This document shows positions 1 to 11,660 of a stretch of 64,000 nucleotides of DNA, piece after piece. Both the position numbers and the translations under genes were made by a program. The stretch lies in NCBI RefSeq assembly GCF_009914755.1, contig NC_060936.1; one strand, 5' to 3'. Position 1 is the stretch's first letter; each line of letters starts with the position of its first letter. The notes beneath the pieces are model-generated. The model was not told where the DNA came from. It was given only the letters and a program-made list of their open reading frames with translations, and made no database searches. The DNA comes from the human T2T-CHM13v2.0 reference genome, Homo sapiens.

Positions 1-1849
1 ATTCAATGGATTTTTCTGGATCACAGTATTGCTTCCCTTTGATTCCTTCCTGCTTAGAAGAATGAAACAGTCTGGAAGGCCGGACAGCTGGGCTTGTGCC
101 CCTCGACCTGAGGGGTAAAATTAGCTTAAGTGGCTAATTTTAGTGCTTCCTGCTTTCAATGGGGTCTTCTTGACAATAGGAACTGTCTGGCTTGGTTGCT
201 TTTCATGAAAACATCTTAACCTTCCAGCTTGCCCCCACCTGCTTGAACTCTCAGTTGAAATATTACATTTAAAGGCCAAACAGAACCCAAATGAATGGAT
301 GATAGCAGCACCTTTCAAATGTCACTTAAAAAAAATCTATGAACTGAAAGCTCAAGTCCTTTGGGAAGGAACAGAAATGAACTAACTGTCACCTTTCTCC
401 TCCCTCCTCCCTCTGCAGAGATATTGGCTTTCACTTTCTCTGCTCTCTCTCCCCATTTTCTCCTTCCCTTCTGTCCTCCCCCCCGAACTGCCTCCCACAC
501 ACACCTGAGAAATATGAAATTCTGGTTTGGGTGTATGCCTCGGAGGCTGAACTGTGCAAGAAGTGTCATCCGTGGAGGTGTTTCCTTTCGGAATGTCATT
601 GTTTAACTTCAGGGTCCTGTTATTTTTGTGTGAACGAAATGTCAGAAAAGAATTTCACCATGTAATTTCCTAGGCATTGACAGGCCTTTGCCATCTGTCA
701 TTGAATCGTGGTTTTACCTTTGGTTCCCTGCCATGTTTAGGGTTTTGACCTATTCCTTTGAGTCCTGGTAATTTTACCTCTCAATATAGCCTCTGATGGA
801 AGCCTCTGCTGCCAAGTGTGACTTTTGTAACTTTAGGGAAGGAAGTGATTTCTTTGATAGACTGCTTATTATTATTTTTAAAACCTCAAGTGTCAAGAAT
901 CCTGTCACTTGTAGAGTGTTGGCTTGTGATGAATCTCGTGTGTGTTATCTATTTTCGTCCTCAGTGTTTGCCCATGAAAAAGGGCTGCATTGCACAAAAG
1001 TCTCAGCTTTGCTTTTGAAATGTAGGGCTGAGCTCTGTTTGCTGAAAGAGGTAGTTTAGAGGAGAAGAACTGGTGTAGGAAGAGAAAAAAATCGTAATGG
1101 TTTTTATAAGAACCCAAGTTTAATTGGAAAGAAGGAAAACCGAAGTTTTTCATTCCCTACATAGTGAAGATTCTGAGAAATCCTATTGCTCTGAAGTCAG
1201 AAGATGGATTTTATAAAGTACAAGCAGATTGTCTTTGAACTGAATTTTAAAGCTCTGCTGTCAGAGTTGACAAGTTCCCGAATTCAATTTTCAAACTAAA
1301 ACTTAGAAAACTGGGGAAGACACTGTGTCTCCTCAGTAGCTTATCAAAAGAAATGAGGTGGCAGCTCCCACTGCTGTCTCCGGCTGGCCAGGCAGAAGGA
1401 GGCAGATGCAGCCCCGTCAAGTTATCTCCGCTCCCTCTCATGGATCATGCGTGTTTGAGAGGGGCTTCGGTATGAGCTCAAGCTGGCTGAGATTGCAGGA
1501 TCATGACAGGCAGACAGGCTTCTCCCCAAGAACAGGGAGAGTTTTACCATTTTCAGAGGAGCTTTAAGCACCAGTGATCCTTGCCCAAGACCTATTGGTC
1601 TTCACCTTTGGCAGATAAAGGATAAAGATGCATAGACATTAGCACACTAGTTGCTTTACTAGGACAGTGGTAAACTATAGAATTCCAGGCACTGCCACCA
1701 CCAGGGCTCTCATCTTTCTTTTGGGAAAAATATTAGCTAGTTTTGGCTCCTTAGTTCTCAAGATCTTCCTTATGTATGGAGGCAATAACTAGTTTTCCTA
1801 AAAAAGAAAACATGTGCAACTAACTACCATATTAATATTAATACAAGCA

Positions 1850-2028
1850 AATGTTAAATATTTATAATGTGCCTTAGAGCCCATTTAAACCTAATATCAA
1901 TCCAGTGAAGTAGTTAGTATCATCGACATTGTGCCGGGAGTGAGTTTACTCATGATTTCCTAACCAGTAAGCAGAAGTGCTGGGATTTTGACCCAGCTCC
2001 CCCTGACTCCTGACCTTGTCCTCTTAAC
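1850..2028 (-). mobile_element. MIR SINE fragment
   Basis: Degenerate antisense MIR: catttaaacctaatatcaatccagtgaagtag...gggattttgacccag...ctgactcc...ctcttaac. Confidence 0.6.
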
Positions 2029-2037
2029 AAGGGTTTT

Positions 2038-2205
2038 ACACACTCATTCAGGTACTTGGACTATTTCTGTCCCTTGGCTCCAATATTCCTCTAGGATCTC
2101 ACTGTTCTCTCCTGAGTCAAAGGAACCTGAATAGCAAACAAAGGAAGGCAGCCAGTTTGGAAGATTCTCTGGGAAGTTATTTGGGGCCAGGGTTGAAAGT
2201 GGTAC
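2038..2205. repeat. Direct-repeat copy (~168 bp) of the internal part of the downstream MLT1 LTR (2841-3007)
   Basis: Hand alignment gives ~22 differences in 168 bp, with a 32-nt identical run tggaagattctctgggaagttatttggggcca. Confidence 0.9.
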
Positions 2206-2710
2206 CTTACATTAATACATAATTCTGCATTATACTGTAAAACCACCACCTAAATAAGGACAATGACGAGCTCAGTGGTAGAATTTCTTCCTACAGATTT
2301 TTTTCAAAAGTAAGTGAATACCACGACCTTTTGAATACTCCAGGTTATGTGATTCTATTAATTCTTAGATTTCCACAGGCTTTCATTTTGTATCCATTTG
2401 GTATCTGAAAATTCAGATTTATTAGTTACTTTATTTCATTTTTGTTCCTGTAACTGTTACAAAAACTTACTAGATTAAAATCTAATTACCTGAAACTCTC
2501 AATTAACCAGACTTCCCCCAACCTTTTCCATACTTCACTTTTAAAACAAAACGGAAAACCACAGAAAAAATAAGCTCATATCAGCGTTTCTTTTAAAGGT
2601 TAAATATGGCCTATGGTCTTATGCCTTTTTGTTAGTTGTTAAAATATGAGCATATTTCTTTATGATTTTGAAATGCTTGGTCTATTGCAAAGTCTGCTAA
2701 AAACATAAAT

Positions 2711-3155
2711 GTGATTGTTTTAGTAAGGGTAAACTAATGTCTGTGACAGAATCCCTGCACTTCAGTAGCTCAACTGTAAAAGTTGATGTCTCATCTACCC
2801 ACAATCCAATGGTAGTTGGTGTTGGTGGTTGCTCTGTTCCACATACTCATTCGAGTACCTGGGCTATTTCTGTCCTGTGGCTCTAATATTCCCGTAGGAT
2901 CTCACCGTTTTCCCCTGAGACTAAGGAACCTGACTGGCAAACAAAGGAAGGCAGCCAGCTGGAAGATTCTCTGGGAAGTTATTTGGGGCCAAGTTTGGAA
3001 GTGGTACACAGCTTTTCCATCTAGATTTCAATGGCCAGGGCCCAGTCACATGACCCTGCCTAACTGCAAGGGCGGCTGGGAAATGTAGCTTAGCTCTGTA
3101 CCCAGGAAGAAAAAAAGATAGGGTTTGGTATCCACCTAGCCCTGTCTCTGTCATA
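2711..3155 (-). mobile_element. MaLR solo LTR, MLT1K/L-like
   Basis: MLT1 motifs: cagtagctcaac..., agtcacatgaccctgcctaactgcaagggcggctgggaaatgtag. Confidence 0.7.
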
Positions 3156-3241
3156 GCAGTAATGTTATAGTTTTTCTGGAGTTCTTATGGCCGTTCCAAT
3201 ATTGTGAACCATCTTAGAAAAATCCAGTTATCATCAAGATT

Positions 3242-3425
3242 AATGGTTTCCAAAATCTGGATAATTAAAAAATATCTCTGAAACTTCACTTAGACCCACA
3301 CAGAATCAGGATGGGCGTGGGGCAGGCCAGGATAGATGCAGGCCAGGAATTTGCATTTCTCAGAAGCTCTGATCGTGATTCAGATATAGACAGTCCAGTG
3401 TCGTTTGTTGTTTGGGAATCACTGA
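3242..3425. mobile_element. hAT-Charlie MITE, MER5-like
   Basis: aatggtttccaaa...ccaggaatttgcatttct...gtgattcagat...tttgggaatcactg. Confidence 0.6.
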
Positions 3426-3953
3426 TCTAGATGATGTGCTGGATAAGGCAGCAATACAAGTTAAGTCATTTCAAGAAGATGTTAGCACAAAGGACTAGGA
3501 GAACAGAAGAGTGATCTTTAGTTGCTTAGTAAAGTAAGTTAACCCAAACCCTTGTTTACACCAATTATTTGAATTAATCAAGACTTTGAATACATGTTCT
3601 GCGATCAGCTGTTTTGAAAGTCCATAGAGTGTTTCCTAGATAAAAGTGCTTCATTTCCCAGTGAAACACTCCTTGCAAGAAGAGATCCACCCTAGATATT
3701 AAGAACAGACTGCCTATGTTTTATTATAATTTTGAAAGAAACGCCCATGTCTTATTTCAATCTTTTTCACCCTCCTATGAAGCACAATTATAAATTCCTA
3801 GTCACTTAAACTACCCCGGTAGAGGTGAGGCAATTGTGGTAGTGAAACTGTTTTCTGAAGCAAATGTCATTGGGTTTTAAAAATCGAATAGTATATTTCC
3901 TATTTTTGGTCTTTAAGTATATGGAGTTGCCAGTTTGTTCTATGCGTGAAAAA

Positions 3954-4300
3954 TAGGTTGAAATGTGTTTTGAAATGCTTGGGACCAGAAGTGTTTTGGA
4001 TATTGGAGATTTTCAGATTTTGGAATATTTGCATATATATCATGAGAGATCTTGGGGATGAGACCCAAGTCTAAACATGAAGATCATTTATGTTTCATGT
4101 ATACTTTATACACATAGCCTGAAGTTAATTTTATACACTATTTTAAATAATTTTATGAATAAAACAAAGTTTTGACTGTGAGCTGTCACATGAGATCAGG
4201 TGTGGCATTTTCCACTGGTGGTGTCATATTATTGCTCAAAAATTTTCAAATTTTGGTGCATTTTGGATTTCAGATTCTCAGATTAGGGACGCTCAACCTG
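3954..4300. mobile_element. TcMar-Tigger element, Tigger4b (Zombi/MER46)-like
   Basis: gaaatgcttgggaccagaagtgttttgga...cttggggatgagacccaagtctaaac...gattagggacgctcaacctg followed by TA. Confidence 0.85.
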
Positions 4301-4729
4301 TAATTCTGTTCCATGTAGACTTTTAGAATAGTGTGTGGCTTTTGAGGACTAAAGGTAACTTCTTATAACCAATAAAAGTTACAGTGGTGAAATTGATCTC
4401 ATCAGTTTTGCAGGACACTCCATGGTTACCTCCCCAAGTGAGACTGGGAGTTGCAGAAGGTGATATACTCATTTGTGGTGCCATCATATTGGATTTATGA
4501 AAGGCAGCAGAAATTTATCATCCTTCTCTGATATTCCTTAACTATAATTTTCTAGTCTCTTGGTTGCTTCTGAGTATATCTAATAAAATGTGCACTCTTT
4601 GAACCTTTGTAACACAAATTTGTTTAAGATCTCAAATTATATATTGCTGTGATCCAAGTGGAGGCTGAGAACCCTCTGGTGGCTGCACTTCCATACCGAG
4701 AGCAGCATTACAAACTATTCTTCAAAGGA

Positions 4730-5240
4730 CTTTAATCGTATTGCCCTCAAAATTCTTCTGTGTTCTACATTGTCTACCTAATAATGTCCACCCTCAGCCT
4801 TTCATTCAAGCATCCTCAGGATCTGACCTCTCTTTGAAACTGCTGGTGAGCTTTCCAGCATTTCGTCTATTAGTCCTTTACCCCAAATCTCTACTCTAGC
4901 CAATTAGTCAATTCATTATTTCCCAGAACATCTTGAGTTTTCTGTCCCTTCATCTTTGTGCCTCGTATTTCCAAACCTCAATCTCTTCCCAAATGAAATC
5001 CAATTAGTTCTTGAAGATTCAGCTCGAAATGCCACCAACTCTGAAACCTTCCCTGTTCAACTTAAGTATGGCAATTGTTGCTTGCATTTACCATGATACA
5101 TTTTAGTTTGGTGTTTCCATGTTGGTTTTTTCACTTGAGTATAAGCTTCTGGAGATTAATGATCTGACTTTTTTCACCTCTCGTTCCCTGTGATGCTTTA
5201 ACTATGGCAAGCATTTGGTAAATAACCTTCATAATAAATA
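4730..5240 (+). mobile_element. L2 LINE fragment(s)
   Basis: Degenerate L2 3' motifs: ttcaagcatcctcaggatctgacc, ttcttgaagattcagctcgaaatgccacc, gagtataagcttctggag. Confidence 0.55.
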
Positions 5241-5300
5241 GCATGCAGTTGGGGATTATGATGCAAAGTGAAAATCCAACTTTAGACTCTTAATTTAGAG

Positions 5301-5555
5301 CATACTTTCTCAAAGCGGAATAGTGATACAAGTTATTTTGGGGGAAAATATCTGGTTATCTTTACATAGATTGCTTCACTGCAGGGCTTTTCAGAGCCTT
5401 TAATATGCTTATACAATGCCATGTGCTAATGTGACCTATCTTTAAAAGGAGATAGTAAGCATCATATTTCATATTCTTTTGACCACAGAACATTTTTTTT
5501 TTGTGAAGCATATTGATGAACCAGGGTTTTTAGTAATGCATTTTGGGAAATACTA
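5301..5555. mobile_element. hAT-Charlie element, MER112-like, with 8-bp TSD ATTTAGAG
   Basis: ttcactgcagggcttttcagagcctttaatatgct core; terminal catactttctcaaag / ttttgggaaatacta; ATTTAGAG at 5293-5300 and 5556-5563. Confidence 0.75.
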
Positions 5556-6854
5556 ATTTAGAGTAATATTTTCCCTTTTTATATAGTACCCTTTGTTACC
5601 AAAAGTGCTTTCACTTTGTTACCAAAGTACCCTTTGTTGCCAAAAGTGTTTTCAGGTCATTCTCATTTTTCTCGAAAATCATTTGCTGCTCATGAGAAAA
5701 CAAAACAAAATCCTGTTTTCTAATTTGCACTCCTAGACATAATTATTTTGGGTATTATGTGTATGTATGTTTGTAAACTGCCAAAAATCACTAGATATTG
5801 TTGGCTTTAGCTAAGAGACATAATTCAGGAGAATTCCTGGTGATCTAAATGAAACCTATAATAAATGAAGACATGCAGCAGAAAGCCATTCTCTTGTCAA
5901 ACATCTTTGAAGAGATATGCAAAGACCTTTGTCTTATAGCAATTTTCCTGAAGGTCACCCACCATTCAGACTATTTATATAAATCTCCATTAATGCAAGC
6001 TTTATTTAATGATTTGCTGAATGTTAAGTCAATGATTAAGGTTTTTTATTATTATTGATTTATCTGTTCCACATCTTCTTTCTGAGGACACACAGATTTT
6101 TTTAAAAAATCAGGTTATTGCGTGTTTAGATTTCTCTCCCTTAAATCAGGTCTATTATCATCAGCAATCGTTTGTCAGGGATGTAATTACATTTACAGTG
6201 GATGAGATTGAATTACAGAGCAAGAGGAGTTAAAGGATATTTTAAGTTGAAGTTAAACCTATGATTTTTTATGAACCTTGGGGCAACTAATTAAGTGACT
6301 AGTAACAAGCAGGAGTTTCCAAATGTCAAGTGTATAATTATGAAATAAACAAGAGGAGGTCTTTCCAATAAACTTCTATGCTGTGCCCTATTACCTCTCA
6401 ATGGGCCCCAAACAAAGTCTGCTGATGAGCAGTATAAAATTAAGATGGATTTTCACAGTCGATAGAAGCAAATCTTGTCTTCTGGAACATAACCACTAAA
6501 TACATAGAGTCAGAGTAGATTTGAATCTGGCAGATCTATAGATGAGTCTTAATTTTATCTCTCAAACCATACGTTATAAAACAGTGCCATGTTATTCCGT
6601 CTCATGTCTTTGTTTCCCTCAGCCTCTCTTACAATTGAGCTTCACCACCAACATTTTAGAATTCAAAACACTTATTTATTTTAAACTGGAAACTGAATTA
6701 AATTTGCTGGAGAGTAGAGGACTGGGAGACAAGTGAAACATTTTAATATTCAATTGAGCATAATATCGTCTATGTGAGAGCTGATAACAGAAAGTGAACG
6801 ATCTTTCAGATTATAAAATTATTAAGGATGAGGGAATCTCATTTTTTTTGGATG

Positions 6855-6942
6855 AACAAGTCTACAGATTTAATATACAATATGAGGGCTGTAATTTATA
6901 AAATTGTGTTATATTTGGGACTTTTGTTAAATAAGCAGATTT
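6855..6942 (+). mobile_element. L1MA-type 3' UTR fragment
   Basis: aacaagtctacagatttaatatacaatatgagggctgtaatttataaaattgtg...ttttgttaaataagcagattt. Confidence 0.55.
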
Positions 6943-6949
6943 AAAAAAA

Positions 6950-7231
6950 ATTATTATACTTCAAGTTCTGGGATACATGTGCAGAACGTGCAGGTTTGTT
7001 ACATAGGTATACACGTGCCATGGTGGTTTGCTGCACCCATCAACCCGTCATCTACATTAGGTATTTCTCCTAATGCTATCCCTCCCCTAGCTCCCTACCC
7101 TCCTGACAGGCCCTGGTGTGTGATGTTGCCCTCCCTGTGTCCTTGTGTTCTCATTGTTCAACTCCCACTTACGAGTGAGAACATGCGGTGTTTGGTTTTC
7201 TGTTCCTGTGCTGGTCTGCTGAGAATGATGG
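6950..7231 (-). mobile_element. L1PA (about L1PA7/8) 3' end, 5'-truncated
   Basis: Close match to antisense L1PA 3' UTR: ttattatacttcaagttctgggatacatgtgcagaacgtgcaggtttgttacataggtatacacgtgccatggtggtttgctgcacccatc. Confidence 0.95.
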
Positions 7232-7495
7232 CCCCATTTTCATCCCCCATTTACTGCTGGTGTTTCTGTAAACATAGTCATGTTTGACAAATTTCCAAAG
7301 GTTTTCACCAGTCAAATATTAGGATCTATTATGTGCTAGGGAGAATAACAGGCACACAAAAAATAATAGTTCTTTTCTCTGCCCCTGGGAAGTTCGAAAG
7401 ATTGTTGAGTGGGCAAGGTATGTACAGAGTAGAAATAGTTAGCAATTTTTATAAGGAAAGTTTTTGTCATTTGCTATTACACAAGTAATATATGA

Positions 7496-7805
<310 letters not shown>

Positions 7806-7977
7806 GAATCTATTCTTTTATTTAAGAATATTGTAATGCGCATATGGCCTATTTTTCTCTCAAATAGGTAAATAGAGAGGTAAGTGGATAGATAGATCTA
7901 GTTCTTTTCTTTTAACTACCTTCATATCAGCCTACGTAATCTTATTTTTTCATTTCTCTACTAATGGGCATTTGCAG

Positions 7978-8469
7978 TGTGTGCCAGCTTGGCAGCATGA
8001 AATAGAGAAACCCAGATAACAGTGATGCAAACAATATAGAGATTTATTTCCGTCTCCTAAAAAGAAGTGCCGAGGCAGGTGGCACAGGGATGCTGTAACA
8101 ACTCGAGAGGCTGGCAGATACCCAAGCTCTTTTCAGCTCACTGTCCTTTCATGTCCTTGTCCTCATGGTCCAATGTGGTTTCTAGAGTTCCAGGGTCACA
8201 CCTGAATTCCAGGCAATGGGACTGAGTATAGGAAAGAGAAAGCTGTGTCCCTAACGACACTTCCCAGATGTGGTACATACATGTTTACTTACATCTCATT
8301 GACCAAAATTTAGTCCCTGTGGCCATAAGTAGCTGTAATGAAAGATGGGACAAGTGGATTTTGTTTGTTTTGTTTAGCTGGGCAGCAATGGGCTCAGCTA
8401 AAGATCAGTGTTTTTATAATAAGGAAGAAGGATAGAGATTTGGGGAGGCAGCTGACAGTCTCTGCCACA
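7978..8469 (-). mobile_element. MaLR solo LTR, MLT1J/K/L-like, interrupting an old antisense L1ME fragment
   Basis: acttacatctcattgaccaaaatttagtc..., ends gacagtctctgccaca; L1ME-like flanks (ctaatgggcattt / ttttgctattacaaacaatg). Confidence 0.7.
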
Positions 8470-8559
8470 GATCACTGTCAATTTTTTGCTATTACAAACA
8501 ATGTAAAAATGACCATTCTTGGACATGGGTAACCATGCTGGTTCATATCAGTAAGTGAC

Positions 8560-9200
8560 ACATGTTGAGTGAGTTACTAGGATAGAAAGTCCTTGAGGAG
8601 GGGCTTGGAGGAGGGGGAGATCATGGTGGGCTGGGGTGGCTGGAGAGGCCATTACTGTTGAGGTGGATCTGAGCTTGGTCCTGCTGCCTGGCAAGTTGCA
8701 GATGGGAGGAGTGATTGGTGCTATAGGCAAGCAAGCCAGAGGAATGGCATGCACCAATTCATTCACTTACTCACTCAACAGCTATTGATTGAGCACTTAC
8801 TATGCGCCAGAGTCTAGTCACGCAGAGATTTGACTGACAAGGCCACTGCCCTCATTGCAACTCACAGACAAATAATTCGCGGCACTTGGAAGTACAACAG
8901 TGAACCTTTGGGATAGGCTGTGAGGGGAGTCTGGCTGGATAAGAAGGCTTGGGCTAGACGAAAGGGAACTTGCACGCCAAAAGAGATTAAACGTGATCTT
9001 GTAGCCAGCGGGGAGCCACCTAAAGCTTTGATCAGAGGAATGTTGTGACTTGAGTGGTGTTTGAAGAAAGCAAATGTGACATGCACAGGTTAACTGGAGG
9101 AGGCAAGGAAGACTTGAAGCAAGGTGGGCAACAAGAAGCTATTCCTGAGCCTTCCCTGTGAGGTGGTGCGGGCCTGTGCTAGACAGCAGTCCAGGGAGCT
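8560..9200 (-). mobile_element. L2 fragments
   Basis: attcattcacttactcactcaacagctattgattgagcacttactatgcgccag (L2 3' end, antisense); ggggagccacctaaagctttgatcagaggaatg. Confidence 0.65.
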
Positions 9201-9296
9201 GTGCAGTTTGCTGGCTCCAGGCGCACTCTCTAGAGAGAGGTGGTCTTGGGTTTGGATCCTGGCTCTTTTCCTTAGTAGTGGGTCAGGCATAGTCCC

Positions 9297-9676
9297 TGTT
9301 TTAGTCTGCTTGTGCTGCCATAACAAAATACGATAGCCTGGGTGGCCTATAGAACAGAAATTTATTTCCTCGCAATTCTGGAGGTTGGGAAGTGCAAGAT
9401 CCAGATGCTGGCTGACTTGGTTCTTGGTGAGGATGCTCTTCCTGTTTTGCAGATGGTCACCTGCCTTCCACCTCCTCCTATGGTAAAGAGAGTGAACTCT
9501 GGTGTCTCTTCCTCTTCTTATAAGGACACCATCCCTATTGAATTAGAATCCCACCCTCATGACCTCATTTGACCTTTATCACCTCCTCACAGACCCTATC
9601 TCCAAACATAGTCACACGGGAGGCTATGGTTTCAATATACAAATTTTGGAGGGATGCAAACCTTCAGTCCATAACT
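9297..9676 (-). mobile_element. MLT1A/MLT1A0 solo LTR inserted into a MIR
   Basis: tgttttagtctgcttgtgctgccataacaaaatac...tcttataaggacacc...ttcagtccataac; MIR halves at ~9235-9296 and ~9680-9835. Confidence 0.9.
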
Positions 9677-9889
9677 GTTTTCATAACCGTCTGAAGCACA
9701 ATTCTCCCTTCTGCAGAATGGCAGTGGGGGGTGGGGTGGGGGGGAATTCCATCAACCTCTTCAATGGGTCGTCATCACAATTAAGTGAGGTGAGGTGTGT
9801 AAAGTACCAAGCATGGTGTCTGACACATGGGACGTACACAAAAACTGGAAGCTGGAAGGGACAGATGGGTTGAGCATTTCAATGGAAAA

Positions 9890-10130
9890 ATTTTAGAACT
9901 TGGGGTATGGATACAGAAGACAAGGGAGGGTGAGGGCACAGAGATGATGCTGAGGATCTGAGCCAGGGTGATGAGGAGAATGATGTCAATTGACAAAAAT
10001 AGGAGCATCTGAGAAGGAGCAAGGTTTGGGGGAGAGATTGATGGATTTGATTTTAGGTGTGTTGCATTTGGTGAGGTGGCTGGATAGGCGAGTGGAAATT
10101 TCCAGCAGACAGTTGGGTTTTATTTACAAG
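9890..10130 (-). mobile_element. L2 fragment
   Basis: gagaaggagcaaggtttgggggagagattgatgg...gttgcatttggtgagg...gtggaaatttccagcagacagttgg. Confidence 0.6.
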
Positions 10131-10584
10131 AGAGGATGTATGGCTGCTAACGACAGCTCCTGGGGGATACAAAATTGGTAGAGGCTGAAATTCAAGAGGA
10201 AAGAAACAGAGAATGCAAATGAACCTGTCCAGACCCAATAAACCGGAGGCTCTATCCTATGCAGGAGGAATTTCGTTTTATAAAGTTTTCTGGTTGAACA
10301 AATGAACAGGCTGAGGCAAACGTTGAACTGGGAGCTGAATTCTCTGGATCATTTCCTCAGTTCTCCACACTTTACTTTTGTAGACACATACTGTAGACAC
10401 AGGGAGATAGTTTAGGGTCCAAGGCCAAATAAACCCACAAAAAGAAATGTACATCTTGAACATTTGGGTTATTTCATATGAAAAAAGAAGTGGTTTTCTC
10501 AGTAATAGAACAAAGCAGCTGGAAAATTTGTGTGCTAGGATATTGTCTCTAAACAGTGCAGTCTTGGGCAGTCTGAAAGTCCTT

Positions 10585-10760
10585 TAGCACTTTAGGATCC
10601 AATTAAAAGGGAATTATTTTCTGTTCTACAGCTAAGGAAACAGATCAACAAAGAGGCTGAATGACTGTTTTAAAATCTGACAGATGTAACACGGCAGACA
10701 AGGAAATGGGATTTAGAAGGCTTCCCCTTTCTGAGATGTTATTTTCTTCTTAGTGTGGTC
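10585..10760 (-). mobile_element. MIR fragment
   Basis: ctgttctacagctaaggaaacagatcaacaaagaggctgaatgact (degenerate MIR core). Confidence 0.5.
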
Positions 10761-11009
10761 TGTCAGTTCTCCCAGCAATGAGTCAGTTGAAATTAACCTT
10801 TGATAGACTCATACCAGTAAATAAAAAAATAGCTCACCTTTATCCAGTTGCAGGCAACAGAAAAGAGCAAGTATGTAGAATTTATTCTCTCTCCATCTTT
10901 TGGACTCTATCCACACAATCCTGCATCCTCCTCCAAATAAAAGTAAAATATGATTTTCTTCACTTTAGTTTGTACCCACTTACTCTATTCTGCTGAAATA
11001 CTAGCAGCC

Positions 11010-11570
11010 CTCATGTCTTTGAATCATCAAATCCACTGGACTTTAAAAAAATCCCCTTTCTGGCTTTTTCTGCTGTTTGTCACTAGTTTATCGAGATCTC
11101 TGTCCTCTTGGATTCCTTGATGCCTCACTCTCCTGGTTGTCATGACACCTCAAAGACTCTTCCTTCTTGGTTTTCTTCAGGGGACCCCCTACTGCTTACT
11201 AGTTAATTTCTGGCATTCTTTTCATCCTAAGCAAACTACTTTTCCCATTCTCTATACTTTCTCGCCTGGCTGCCCTAATCCATTCTCATTATATCGATTA
11301 GCATCAATATACCAAGGACTCCTGAATCTTATCTCTGGCCCAGATTTTTCTTCCAAGCTTTAGACTTACATATCAAACTGGACAGCTTCATTCAGGTATC
11401 TCATAAGCACCTCAAGATCAAAATATCTGAAACTAAGGGGGCTCTTTCCTCTTCAAGTTCTTTATCTTCTTTTTTTTTTTTTTTTAACCATTCTCTTATC
11501 TACAAAAGTTGAAATCTGGAAACCAGTATTAATCTCTTTCTCCATCAGCACTTTCAGCCCCTACTCAGGT

Positions 11571-11613
<43 letters not shown>

Positions 11614-11660
11614 TTGGCCACTGCCAACATTACTTATATTTCTCAAATCTAGCATTTGTG
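11010..11660 (+). mobile_element. L2 fragment
   Basis: catcaaatccactggac..., ctctggcccagatttttcttccaagctttagacttacatatcaaactg, aagcacctcaagatcaaaatatctgaaact. Confidence 0.65.
11574..11612 (+). repeat. (AAT)13 microsatellite
   Basis: Perfect trinucleotide run read directly. Confidence 0.97.

Noticed and set aside
6979-7287. 102-aa ORF MQNVQVCYIGIHVPWWFAAPINPSS...
   Set aside because: Familiar antisense translation of the L1PA 3' UTR
9725-9744. G-run tract (also ~49838-49854)
   Set aside because: Only three separate runs; the first is in a MIR; better explained as low-complexity expansion
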